Under the pieces are notes generated by a model. The model saw nothing but the letters and a program-made list of their open reading frames with translations. It did not search any database and was not told where the DNA came from. From Phoronis australis (Eukaryota > Animalia > Phoronida), in assembly GCA_002633005.1 (NCBI GenBank), contig NMRA01000065.1:1140555-1204554 (forward strand): a stretch of DNA of 64,000 nt. The letters run 5' to 3'. The position numbers were made by a program, and so were the translations under genes. Below, piece by piece: positions 41,750 to 54,240 of this stretch (positions are counted from its first letter, which is position 1; each line of letters starts with the position of its first letter).

Positions 41750-43012
41750 ATATTATTATCTTGAATATTTAAATCAGTTTGGGTTTGGAGAGTAACTATT
41801 CCGCATGGGGGTTGTAAATTATGAGTGTTTTTCACAAACAATATACCTTTTGGAAGCAGTTCTTTGTGAACCCTGCTTTTAGTAATAACTGTTCCAGTTG
41901 GACTGTGTTAAAGCTGCTTTTGCATTAGTGCAGACTAGTTTGCGGTCGGTCGGAGCATAATTCTAAGATCAGTGTGATAACCTACCAAACTGTTACCTTC
42001 GTCACTAGACCTGACTAAAATTCCACCGTCCTAATTTTAAAACTACGTCATACCAAACACAGGATGTCGCAACGCTGAACTGCAATAGAGATCCGACAAC
42101 TAATTGCCACTTTTTATTTTGAGACATGATAAACTTTAAAATTGTACAGTGAACAGTGAGTAGACGAAACAGCAACAACGTCTAAAGTGTGCGAAATGGC
42201 TGGAAGTAGAGTATTAGCCAGCTGCCTGCGTGCCCGCCGAGTGCGTGGGCAGATGTTGAATCTGGCGGGCACAAAAATTTGCAACTGCGGGTGCAATGGC
42301 AGGCCATTTACATCCCAACATTACGCATTATCTTTGGAGACTCGTTTTGAAAGTAATGTTTCATTTGTTTCGCACTTACATTTCTCAGCACCAGACAACC
42401 CTCATTTGCTTGCAATATTTCTGCCATTTCATGCTGAAATTACCCACATCCACAAAGACAACTATATCTTCAAAACTATTTGAGGTAAGTCCTTCAAATT
42501 TTCAGCACACACTCAAGAGGGTTCACTTTATATGAATATCTGCCTACGGGGTCCCAATAATTGTAGAAATACAGGTAAATTACAGGTAAATTGTGTGAAC
42601 TTGATGTTTTTGAACTGTTTTCTGAAGTGACTGAAATAAAAAAAATATTAGAAAACCAAAACCTTGGTTGTTTTGTGTTGACAAGTGTCCATAACAATAA
42701 GCAAGCACTGGAGTATCACAAAATGAGAAAAAATATCAGAAACTTGTTATAATTTATAGGTACAAAAACGTGAAGACAAATGAATTTTCCTCAGGTGGTT
42801 GTTCCTTCATTTCTATTTTGACTTCAGTGCTTCTTACTTCTGTTTGAACATGGACTCCATACATCAATGGAGCAAACTATAATTTCAAAATAAATTCAGT
42901 AATTATGTTTATTTCTTACCTTTACCAGGTAAAAGTTAATATAAAGGTGTAACCAGGTACATAATTATGAACGATTATTTAACACCAGTCATTTGATAGT
43001 TTCTAATTTTAG

Positions 43013-44967
43013 TCAGTTTGCCAAGTTCCTGTCATGAAATATTGTAAAGCAATTCACTCTGCACAGGGGCACCTCACAAAAAGAGCACATAAATGAAGTC
43101 TCGATGGGGTAACCCTTTGGTGTTTTGCAATTGCTCATTACACATTGGCGACAATTTTTTTCCTCCCTTGAACTTTTACAATTTTATGATGTCCAATGGC
43201 TGCCTGGTTAACAAGAACATCTGCGCAGTCCTTAGATCGCCTTCCTGCTTTACGTTGCCGACACGCAAACTCGTTTACTTAGCTGTTCAATTACTTCCAT
43301 GCGGAACCGCACCGAGTCGTAGTACTTTGGCAAAGGTGACACATGATGACTCTTCGTACTAAGAATGAATGCATTTACAAGAGACAAATTCACGCAAAAC
43401 CATACAAAATAGCGCCACCATTTTTTGCATGCTCTGCCTACAGGGTAGTAAGATCGCATCTGGTCTGACTTATCCACCCCACCCATGAAATCATTATAAC
43501 GTAGATCGACTTCAGGCTTTCCCTCACCCGTGAATGGTTTGAGGATAGTCGAGAGAAAAGCGAGAGTCCGCTTGTCTTTGTACAGTAGTAGCTACCATTT
43601 CCCCTTTTTGTTTTGAATAAGATCACCAGTATTCTTCAGCTTGGCTCTCTTGAAATAGGCTGGTAAACCTTTGCGGTTATTCATTATTGTCCCACAGGTG
43701 TAAGTGTTTTCCAATTTGAGGTGTTCTGCCAGTGTCACTGAGGAAAAAAATCGGTCATAGTAGAGATGATGGTGATGGCCACGATATGGTTCGGACAGTG
43801 TCCACACCACATCATAGCCGAGGCCGTGTTGCCTCTCTCCATTTTGTTTTTTACCTGTGTTAACGTCAAAATCGCAGCAGTATCCAAACTTTGACTCACA
43901 CAGCTCCCAGACCTTTATCCCCCACTTGGTAGGTTTAGCTGGCATATATTGACGAAAATGGACTCGCCCTTTGAAGCCGACCATTGCCTCATCCACAGAC
44001 AGTTCACATTCAGGATAGTAATTATTTTTGAAATTCTCAGTAACTGTATCTAATAATGGTCTTACTTTATAAAGAGGATCGTAACCATCTTCTCCTCGGC
44101 ACGGCTGTCCTGAAGTGTCCCTCACATGAAAGTACTGGGTCAACTTTTCAAAACGGGGGCGGGGCATGATTGAGCTCACGTATGCATCTCCATATTTTGG
44201 GTCAGCACTCCAATAAAACCACATTGGTGGCAATTGTTTTATTCCCATGATAATATTAATGGCCAGAAATGCACGAATTTCCTGAGCTGTTGTCGGCGTC
44301 CAATTTGTATCAGGCTGTCCTCGACTTGCAGCTACCTGGTCGGCATATCGATTCATTTCCTCAGCCCACGACTCCAAGCAATCAGAAGTTATAAACAATT
44401 CAAAATAGTCCAAAGCCGTTGCTTCCACAGGTAAGTTGCGCAACGGACCCAAATTCTCTGAAAACGGGGGCAAATTGAAGTCCGTGAGCGTTGGGCTCCA
44501 CGCGGCATTTAAAAATGTCAGATTTTCATCCTCATTTTCCTAGCCGCTTTCGCCTTCAGATTCTGCCACTGCTCGAAACATCCGAGACGTCGACGTCTGA
44601 CTCATTCACAGGTAAATTCCTAGCTAAATGCTCAGCTTTTCGTATAGATTCCTCCACTTCTGAATCGGAAAATCCATCAAAATCAGACTCGTCCTTGCTG
44701 GACTCCATATTGTCAACAGTAAGTCGTAAACTAACTTTAAAGTTTGCAAAAAGGCAGTAAATTTACAGTGAAGCAGAAGTCACAAACAAACATGGCTGTC
44801 TGATCTATTAATAGACCTATAGTAACAATTCTCGCGATATTTGGACCAGATTTCTTGTTACCATGGATTCAAAGACCCGGAAGGTGAGTACAGCCGGTTA
44901 CGGCCGGCGTGGACCAGGGAAGCAGCTGTTTTGTCAGCCGGTTGCAGCCGGCACTGAGTTTAAAGGG
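43013..44967 (-). mobile_element. Decayed piggyBac-superfamily transposon (PGBD4-like transposase pseudogene, about 44708 to 43013)
   Basis: Motifs LSVDEAMVGFKGR..QYMPAKPTKWGIKVW, YYDRFFSS, MGGVDKSDQMRSYY..KKWW and a C-terminal Cys-rich domain CSFCEVPLCRVNCFTIFH. Several frameshifts. One terminus GGG|TTAA at 44965-44971; the opposite TTAA-CCC end was not found. Confidence 0.92.
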
Positions 44968-46869
44968 TTAAATTAAGCAGTAGAAGTTCAGTTGGGGAGT
45001 GCAATGTAATTAATCACAAAGACGGAGATTTGTCACATGATATTCACGGGGAGTGTTCCGTAACTCGCAGCGAGAAATTCATCCAAAATCACATGGTCCT
45101 GTCAAAAATAAGCTGCGACATAACTTGCAAAATCTTGTTTTTTAGGAAGGCACTAAGGTTACTGCACGCTCCTGAGAATTATCGTCTGCGCCTCAGCAGA
45201 CTTTGTCGGACACCCCATGAACGAGTAAGTCTGTCGGTGTCATGAAACGAAACACCCCAGCAAAGGCATAACTCACCAATGTACGTGCATCGCAAACAGA
45301 CATAAATGTTTTTTTGACGGGCAATATCAGTATTGTAGCTAATACCATGGCAGGAAGAACTCAGCACTCGCGTAAAAAGGCGAGAAAAGGTGCTACAGTC
45401 AAGCAAAATAGTCTGAACCAAACTTTTCGCATTGTGCTTACATAATGGAGCCAACTTTGGTATGCTCGCTATTACGGTCTTTTTGAGTGTACTAACTTTA
45501 CAACCGTACCAAATTTAGACTGTTCTAAATCACTGTTTGCATTGGGACTAAAATTTGTGTGGTCGAGAAAGCATGTAAGTCCACCGTACTAACTCCGTAC
45601 TGCAAAAACCCCTTAAGTTAACGCAGTTTAACAAAAGGTTTGCAGTCTTGGCCGAGAACATACTTTTTCTATTACCCTCACCCCGTTGATCACTAAAGTG
45701 CCAAGCCCAAAATGTCAAAAGAAGTTTGGTCACGTTATTGAAACCAATGTTTTGCAATAAATGAAAGTTTCCTTGTTACTAACTTTTACTAAAAGGACAT
45801 GGTCACATGTTCCAATCAATAGCAGACTGGTATAAAGACGAAATCAAATTCCACAAGGTTCTAGTTTCAGAAAACATGTACTTTTACAAAGTTCAAATCT
45901 ATAATTTTTTAGATATTTGCCTAAATACACATACATGTCAATAAAGGTCCTGTGTAACCTTAAGGTGACCTTAATCAAATAGATAAATGTACGACAAGCA
46001 ACTCAAATTTCGAAGAAAAGAAAATTAACTGTATTTGTGCCGAGACGAGTACACAATGAATCCAAATATAAGTGCCACTATTATAAGAACATGATTTTTG
46101 TTCAGTCAAGTAATCATTGTTACTGCTTGCCTATTAATGGCAGATATGGGCATGGTGTGACAAAGATGATGAAATAACAAATTCAACTGTTCATCAATTA
46201 ACGTGTTTCAGCTCAACATACTGTACTTGTTCATAAGTTAATGCCAAGGACATTGAAACTGTTTAGTCCAAAATCAGGGTGTGGGCCGAGCATAGGCACT
46301 AAAATGGATTTTTTGAAAATTTAGGAATGATTGTTTACCCAAGGATTCTATTCAGTCATTCAATTGCTTTCATCACTTTTGCACACACTGAAACGATAAT
46401 ATTAGAATAAGTATTAATTTCTCCAAAAGATAATTTCGCAGATCCTTCAATGAAAAAGCAGCCCTCAAAAGACAAGGTGAAACTGAAACTGATTGTACGG
46501 TACTCAAAGATAAATGAAATCTGTACCTTTTTAGACCTTAAATTCTCAAGACAGGCATTATCAAAGACAGTTGTATTTTTAAGCTAGCTTTGGTTGTATA
46601 AATTAAAGGTGGGCTCTATGTTGTGCAATTATCTGGAAGTCTTTATTCAAACCCACAAATCCAGCCTGGAAAAGTATATCTTTGACCTGTGGTGTTTGAT
46701 GAGGAAGTCACAAGGATATCATAAGGGGGTATCTATGGAATGTGAAACCAGGCTAAGTGTCAAATTATCCGTATGGCCAAGTTTTATTGTGACAACAAGG
46801 AAACGTTTAGATAAGCAGTAAAGAACAGACACAGGTATATGAGCCAGCTTAGCATAATAGAGAGCAGCC

Positions 46870-49800
46870 ATGTTGTTAACAGGCTGTGCACCTGTAGCTG
46901 TGTTACTTCTTCAGTATGCCTGCCAAGTATACACAGGTATATTATAGTTCTATAGTTATTTTACATTTCTAAACATAAGCAGGTTAAAGCTATCATGTCC
47001 ATTGTGTCCAACTTGGACTAAAAATTGGGACAGTAGTAGGTAACTATTATTTAAAATCTAAATTAGCAAATATTGCTTTGTAAAAATGTTTAATAGTAAA
47101 AATGTAACATCATTTAAAAACTTAGCTGCCACTCGACACATTTCTGTTAAATCACACTTATAGCTGTTACCTGTGCTTCCATACGGGTAGCAACTAGTGT
47201 ATGGGAAATGATGAGGGGAAATAGCTATTACACCTTAGTGAACTTAGGTGTTCATTGCAAGAGACACAGGAATACTTCTTGAAGAGACCGTTTTATTTTA
47301 AAGCTTCAATCTGAATTTCTGCCAGATTTAGGCAGGGTATGCGGCAGCAGAATTCCTTCCCCACTGCTGTAAAAATATGTTTCCCTTCCAGAACATTTGA
47401 CCGTGCCATAACATCAATTATTTAAAGTGAAAACTAACAAAAAAAGTGAAGACTTACAGCTAACTAGATGTGTGTTGAGCTCCGTTAGACACCTAAATTT
47501 CACACAGGGTGGCTCAGCTCGTCACCTCCTTGCAAAGCTAAAGACCGGCGGGGGTGCATGCACTGGAATCTGAGAATCAAACGACACTCACCTTGCCCGT
47601 TGCAACCGTTAAAGTGAAATAAAAAAAACAATATAACAAACTTCACTCTTGTGTAATTTTTCGCATTTTGTATCAGAGAAAAATCTGTTGTCGTTTAGAA
47701 AACAGTGCGCACATGCCAATTCTTAAAATTATATATCTCTCGGGAGATGATGACAGCTTCGCAGCAGAAAAATTTGTTACGCGAAACTGGGTTTGCTGGT
47801 GTTAAAATACTAAAAACAGAACAAAACCAGGTCCAATAATTTGTTATGACATGTACAAACTTGTGGATGAGAAGACCAGTTGATTGAAGAATCAGGGAAA
47901 TTGGCCAATAGGTGATGCAATATTTCATGGCGCTGAAAGCCGATGCAAAAGATCACATCACAAGGTCAGTAACAGAATAATGGTAGAAAGCCAATTTTTC
48001 CAACACCAGTAAATTATTTAGTTCACTCAAGGAAGAATGAAATTTTTAATGATATTAATTTTGGCAACGACAGGCCCGAAGAAGTATACACGGGACGGAA
48101 GCCGTAAAGAGTGAAATTAAGCCAACGGACTGACATCAGCCAGGCCGCTAAGCAGAGGGACATATGTCTTGGCCAGTACAAAATTGACCAGCCTCCCTCC
48201 GTGTCTTAATAAAACAATGGCCCGTGATAAAAAAATAGAACAATTCAAATCTAAACAGAGGTCTGGTGCACTACCTGGGATTAAGGTAGTGCCGAAATGA
48301 GCGCAGCGACAGTCTGTAGTGGAGCAGGGGAGACGGAGTTCCTGCGAACTTTTCCATTTTATACAATAGATTCTAAATCATTAATTACAATATGACCAGT
48401 TCTCCAAATAATCACTCCAAATACTTTTTTGTTAGATAAATGACATATTTTGTCTTATTTAGAATCATTTGAACGCATGACAGTGAAGAAAGCAGCAACA
48501 TGTTCTAGTGGAAGGATAACTCTACAGTGCAACTCAGAAAAGGTGTATGTGTTGTCATCAGAGTTTGCCTATATGCAGGGCACTAGCTGTGCTCCATGGT
48601 CCAGTCAGACACAATGCACAATGCCTGCAGGACAGTATCACGAGGAGATAGTATCCAACTGTTCAACATGCCACCGGTGTGCAGTCACAGTGGATATACC
48701 ACAACAGCAGTGTGAAACACACACAATCAACTCAATGATTGTCACGTATGGTTGTTCTGCAGGTATGACTAACAGGCTTTATTGTTAATTGAATGAAGAG
48801 CAAATGTCTTTGAATCAAAAATGAAGCACAACCAACCTGCCCTCAAACACAAATAAAGTCTGAATAATGCAAAAAACGTACACTCAATCATGAACCACGG
48901 ACCGTAAATTGCCATAAATATTTTAGTGGTAAATTCAAAATTGAAGTAAAAACACTGCTGTAGCTTTAAGACAGCCGTTCAATACTTAGTTTGAAACTTC
49001 ATTAGCGGAACTGTATAACTAAATTTTGTATTACAGGGGAACGTCAAAAGCCATTATGCAATGATGAAGAAAAAACTGAACGAGAAGTATTAGTCAGCAG
49101 CAACTACCCATCATATCTAGACAGTTCATCAGGCTACACTTGTCAATGTACACTGACTGCCAACAGTGACATCATCAGTTTGTCTGCTATAGAGATACAG
49201 CTGACAGATGGTCAAACACTACATGTAGTGACACACAGTGGTCAACAGGTGTATGACAGCTCCAACATCACACTCAAACACAAAATTGTACAACAACAAT
49301 CACAAGTCAACATCACATTCACAACTACTGGCGATCGTAATGGAGGAAGATTTGCTCTGGCATTTAGTGGTAAGTTCAGAGATCTTGTCAGAGATCTCTT
49401 GTTTCTTAGTTGCCAACTGTCCCACTTTTGGAAGGGCCATCTAATTCATTGATGCTTCATCCTTCAATTGTTAATTAACAGAAACACTGCTTTCTGACAT
49501 ACCAAACAATGTTTACATACTCATGCTGTTGTGTTCACAGACACTTTGTTTATTCATTTTGGATATTGGCAACCATGCAGTTTAAATACACATATCGGTC
49601 AGCCTGTTCAGCTCTGCTATAGGGGATCATTATCTCTTATCTGATTTTGTATACCTTACCCTATTGTGCCTGCATTGACTTCCATAATAAAGGGCTATTG
49701 TGGAGATGTTTAAACTGTAGGCTTGGGTAACAATAGGCATTCCTCTGCCTGTTACTAAAGACCAAGCTACACCACAAGGGAAAGCACTACTTTCAGCCTT

Positions 49801-52800
49801 TAGCTGGCCAAGCTTAGATATTTATGTCCATTTCAGTTGGCAGTGTTTTCGAAGAACTTCGGCCCAAGTATAAATATTACACTTCATTTCCCTCTGATAG
49901 CATGAAGCGCGCTTATCCCGAGTAAGAGATGATGGCTGTTGGAAGTTTAAACATTTGAAATGTTCGTTGTAAAAGGATGTTTCACGAATACCATAATCAT
50001 AGCTAGGGCCAAAACAGAGCAGTATTTTTAAAGTCATAAGTTTTTTACTATTCAAAGGCCACCTATTCTGATAGTGTTTTTGAATTCCAAGTTCGTACGC
50101 CACATGATGCATCGTCTGAGCAGTCTCAAAACTCCCCAGAAATAAGTAACTGGTGTCAAATTCACGCTACTCTTGATTTAAAATACGTAGGACATTTGTG
50201 CACTGAGATAGTACAATTCTCTGATCCCATTAGAAGACTAACCAATCGCGAGCATGCGCGCGCCCAGCCTTGAAAATGGGGGGGGCGAATTTCTGTCCAT
50301 GTGGACAAAAAAATCGAGAGGACTAAAAGAACGGGGTATGACCTATCAGAACTGTGCGTATGCATCTTTTTTAGTGGACTTCTGTCTCCTTTTCTCGGAC
50401 TTTTCGTTTAGTCTAGTCTGAGTGACGACAAGGTTTGTTTCTCGGCAAGTTGGGCATCAATTTTCGCCGTTCAACGACTGTATGTACCGTATTCGCCGTA
50501 ATAACCGCCCATGCCCCTATATAAGCGCCCCCCACGCGTTTTCAGACTTTGCTGAAATAAGCGCCCAGTCCATGAACGTGTACACGGGAACAATGACGTA
50601 CCTACAGTCCTAAAACTCGGCTACAGTAACGTCTTCAATTTATCAAAAAAGTTTTGCACGGGTCTTCTAGACCAACAGCGGCACTGCTACGTTTGTATTT
50701 AGCCGTGACTTTACACTTCAAAGTAACGCAGCGCTTCAAAAAGAACGCAACAGCGTTGCTACTCTCTCGCGACGACCGTGTCCCACTCTATGGTCTGACC
50801 TTTCGGTAGACACATCGACTGTCTCATGAATAAAAATAACTCGGTGTTAAACGCACGTGGCCAGGAAGCGCGCGCGCTACATACATGAACCTGTCATCAA
50901 AGACCTTAGTCGGGAATTTTCCATTCATGAAACGGGTAGCATAGCATCGATAAGAAATGAATATTGGCACTAATTTCCGACAATTTCTAATACTATAAAA
51001 CATGTTTGCGTTATTTTTGAGATGTATTGTTTGATTAACCATAATTGGTGTTTTTAAGCCGAACATCCGATAAAGTGACAACTGACAGTGAATGCTTACA
51101 CACCCTTACACCGAAAAATAACTGTCAGATAGTTACGTACGCATCCAGCTACACGGCGACTAATATGGGCCTTACCGAGACAAATGTCGAAAGTTTTTAG
51201 CACGAGACCGGCGAGTGCTGAATGAAACACGCTCTGGTTTAGGCCTACTGCCTGTGCAAATTTCTTTAGACACATCTAGCTAGTTAGAGTGCGTGCCTCT
51301 GGCCAAAAGACGGTCTCTGCTTTGGCAAATGAACTCTGGTGACACGCACGCGCTCGCTTATTCGCAGACGAACTTCAAAACAAACGTCACGTGACAACAT
51401 GTTTGTTCGTCCAGACATTTTTCTCGCCGTGTTGCCGATCATACATGTAGATGCACAGATTTGTATTTAAACCTGCCGTTAATCCAGACTCCACGGGAAC
51501 TTAAAAAATCTTAGAGATGCTACTTATAAAACTTAATGAGGATTTTAGGTAATTTGCTTGAGTCAAAACCATTTTTATTCAATCATTGAAATCGCCATAT
51601 CGAAGACGGCGATTTCGAGGCAGTCAGTCGGCGAGTTTTCGCCCTGGAATTTCAGCACAATTTTCTGTAAAATGGTCGTAATTTAGCTGCAAAGTTTGAT
51701 AGCAATGCACCACAGTTTTGTTGAAAGTCTTTCATAGATTACATATACGTCACAGAGCGTAAATTTTATGAATCTTAGCTTCCGATTTCACCCGTTTCGG
51801 AGACCGGGTTTCAACCGCCTTGGGTTACAATATCTGAAACTTCTATTCTGGTGTCTGCTCAAGGCCTAGTTAATGCTTACGTAATACTGCACAAGCGATT
51901 TGTGTGGTTGGCTGGCTCACTATAGGGCTATTGTTAGGACGGCTTTGTCATGAGCGACAGCGGGCAACTGGGATAGCGAAGCGGTTGCTCGCTGAGAGGG
52001 CTGACCCTCATGCACCAGAAAGTAGCAAAAATATCAAAAATAACACAACCTAGAGTAAATATTTGTTAATCAGATAGTGAAAATTTTATACATTTTTGTG
52101 GTTTTTAATGATTTGGAAAGAAGTAAGCCTAAGAATATTTGGTCATTGTTATAAATGCTTCTCAAGTTTCTGAAATGGATTCATAGCATTAGATAAATTT
52201 TCTTAAAAGATCGGAGAATTCACCATTGCAAACTGAAGAGGCCTCTTTAAACTAGCTTTCAATGGACCTCTAACATTAAGTGAACCAGTGATGTCCATGA
52301 CAATGAAAGATATCAACTCACACTTCAAAATTCTTTCAGCATCCCAGACCATAACCAAATGGTGCCAGATGACAACAACAAGACCTACCAGTGTACCCCA
52401 GATAACAACACAAGAACAGTCATCAACTGCCATCACCCAAAAGAATCATGCCACAGAAGCACCTCCAAGTACAGCAACAGCAACAACAACAATACCTGTG
52501 GAACACACATCACCTGCACACAAAGAAACATCATCTATATCCCCAGCAGGTTGCCTACAACCATCAATACCACCAGCAGCAACCAGCTGGGATTACACAA
52601 CCTACACCACTCTGGCATCAGAACCATCTTCAACTTTGACCACCAATGGGACCAACACTGCAGTCATGGCTGAAGAGACAAGTGATGGAGACAATACTAC
52701 TTTATGTAAGTTCCTTCAAGCTGACCAGATTATCTGAGGTACACCTCCGGACCTTTTGATGTGAACAATCGGTAACAAAACAAATTAACTCACAATGAAC

Positions 52801-54240
52801 CACTTTAATCAAAAAACAGATTCAACCATGTTTTCCTTAAACTGACACATAGGTGTTTCTATGAAAATCAGACTTCAAATACCACCAAAATCTTTTTATT
52901 TGAGAAACATGAACTATGTTAAACAATAACACACAAAGACCCTACTTATCAATATGTTTTTCTATTCTACTTTACAGACATCATCATTGGCAGTGTTTCA
53001 GGTGCAGTGGTCACAATCATTGTCATAGCTTTAGTGATACTGAAGATAAAAAGGTAACACTTCCATACATTACGAAAGTTTATAGTCTTAAGCAAACAAG
53101 TGGACACGTGAAACATGTCAAATTTCTCATTTAACATAAATACTAATAATTCTTTTATCTATAAGTAGGATTGTAGAATATACATTTCATAACACAATAT
53201 TTGTCAAAGTTTCCACAATTTGCAGCAAGGTTAATAATTCTTTGAAAAATGAAAATTTACACAGTTATTTTTGTGCAAAATAACAGAAGAATTACAGTAA
53301 ACTCATAGAGCAATTGAATAAATTTTCTCAGAACACTCTAAATGATGATGATTTACTAAATGATGGGCCCATGACCAATTTACTGGAGACCAACTGAAAA
53401 TCAACAGTATAGTCCCATCAAGTAAACATTCAAATTTTACACAATGTAATTAGGTAATTTTTAGTTGAATCTCAGGTGAAGTTTTGTGGTCATACGTCCT
53501 AGTAGGGAGATGTCAATTGACAGAAGTTTCCCAGTTGTTCAATGTTATCCTTCAGGAAACGCTTCAAAAGTGTAGAGAAACGACCATCTAGGGCAGGAAT
53601 TCTCCAAGAGGACCACACCCTAGATGAGCTTACAAGCATACCATCGACAAATGGGCACCCCAGAGACCAAGCAGTTCTGGACAAAGAAAATGGTGGCCAA
53701 AACTTGACCTTCAGACAAGCGATGAATGACAGACTAGCAAAGAAGCTCAAGCCTGAAACTAACCTTCCTTATGTTGAATTAGAACCTGAAATCGGCAAAT
53801 ATCAAGACCAAGGACAGATTAACAACAAGAATAGATCTCAGGGATTGGATGATGGTGATGAGAAAAGGGGTGACCAGAACAGAACTGTTGAAAATAGTCA
53901 AGAAGGAAAAGGAGGGGTGCCGCACTACATGGAACTGGAAGCAGAGCACAAACACACCTACGATAAAGATGACAAAGTTTCTAATCATAACGAAACTTTT
54001 AAGATTGAGTTTGATGAAAACAAGTATGAAGATCCACTGGATTTTAACACCAGCAATGACTATGATTATGACTATGCACGTTTTTACCAGCCAGATGAGC
54101 AACCATCTCATGAGCTGAACAATGATGAAGATATAAGAAACGAGGCTGTCTACCATACTATAGAAAGTGCAAGTGACACTGCTGATGAAGACCCATTCAA
54201 AGCATGTGACAGTGTGGTAGACAACTTAATATATGGTTGA
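46870..54240 (+). CDS. Receptor gene 6, about 608 aa. Exons 46870-46936, 48463-48762, 49037-49369, 52340-52705, 52978-53053, 53556-54240
   Basis: Signal MLLTGCAPVAVLLLQYACQVYT. Lectin and CUB-like exons are nearly identical to gene 5. Stalk is Thr-rich. TM is IIIGSVSGAVVTIIVIALVIL. Acidic tail has LPYVEL, PHYMEL, YEDP, YDYDY. Joined length 1827 nt is in frame. Confidence 0.87.
49593..50410 (+). repeat. Dispersed ~820-bp repeat, copy 1 (left part of a probable TIR element in gene 6 intron 3, possibly extending to 52006)
   Basis: High identity to 59370-60234. The start GGTCAGCCTGTTCAGC is an imperfect inverted match to GCTGAGAGGGCTGACC at 51991-52006. Confidence 0.8.

Noticed and set aside
52359-52673. 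Gln/His-rich and Asn-rich alternative-frame ORFs
   Set aside because: Shifted readings of the ACA-rich stalk exon; the splice phase supports only the Thr-rich frame.
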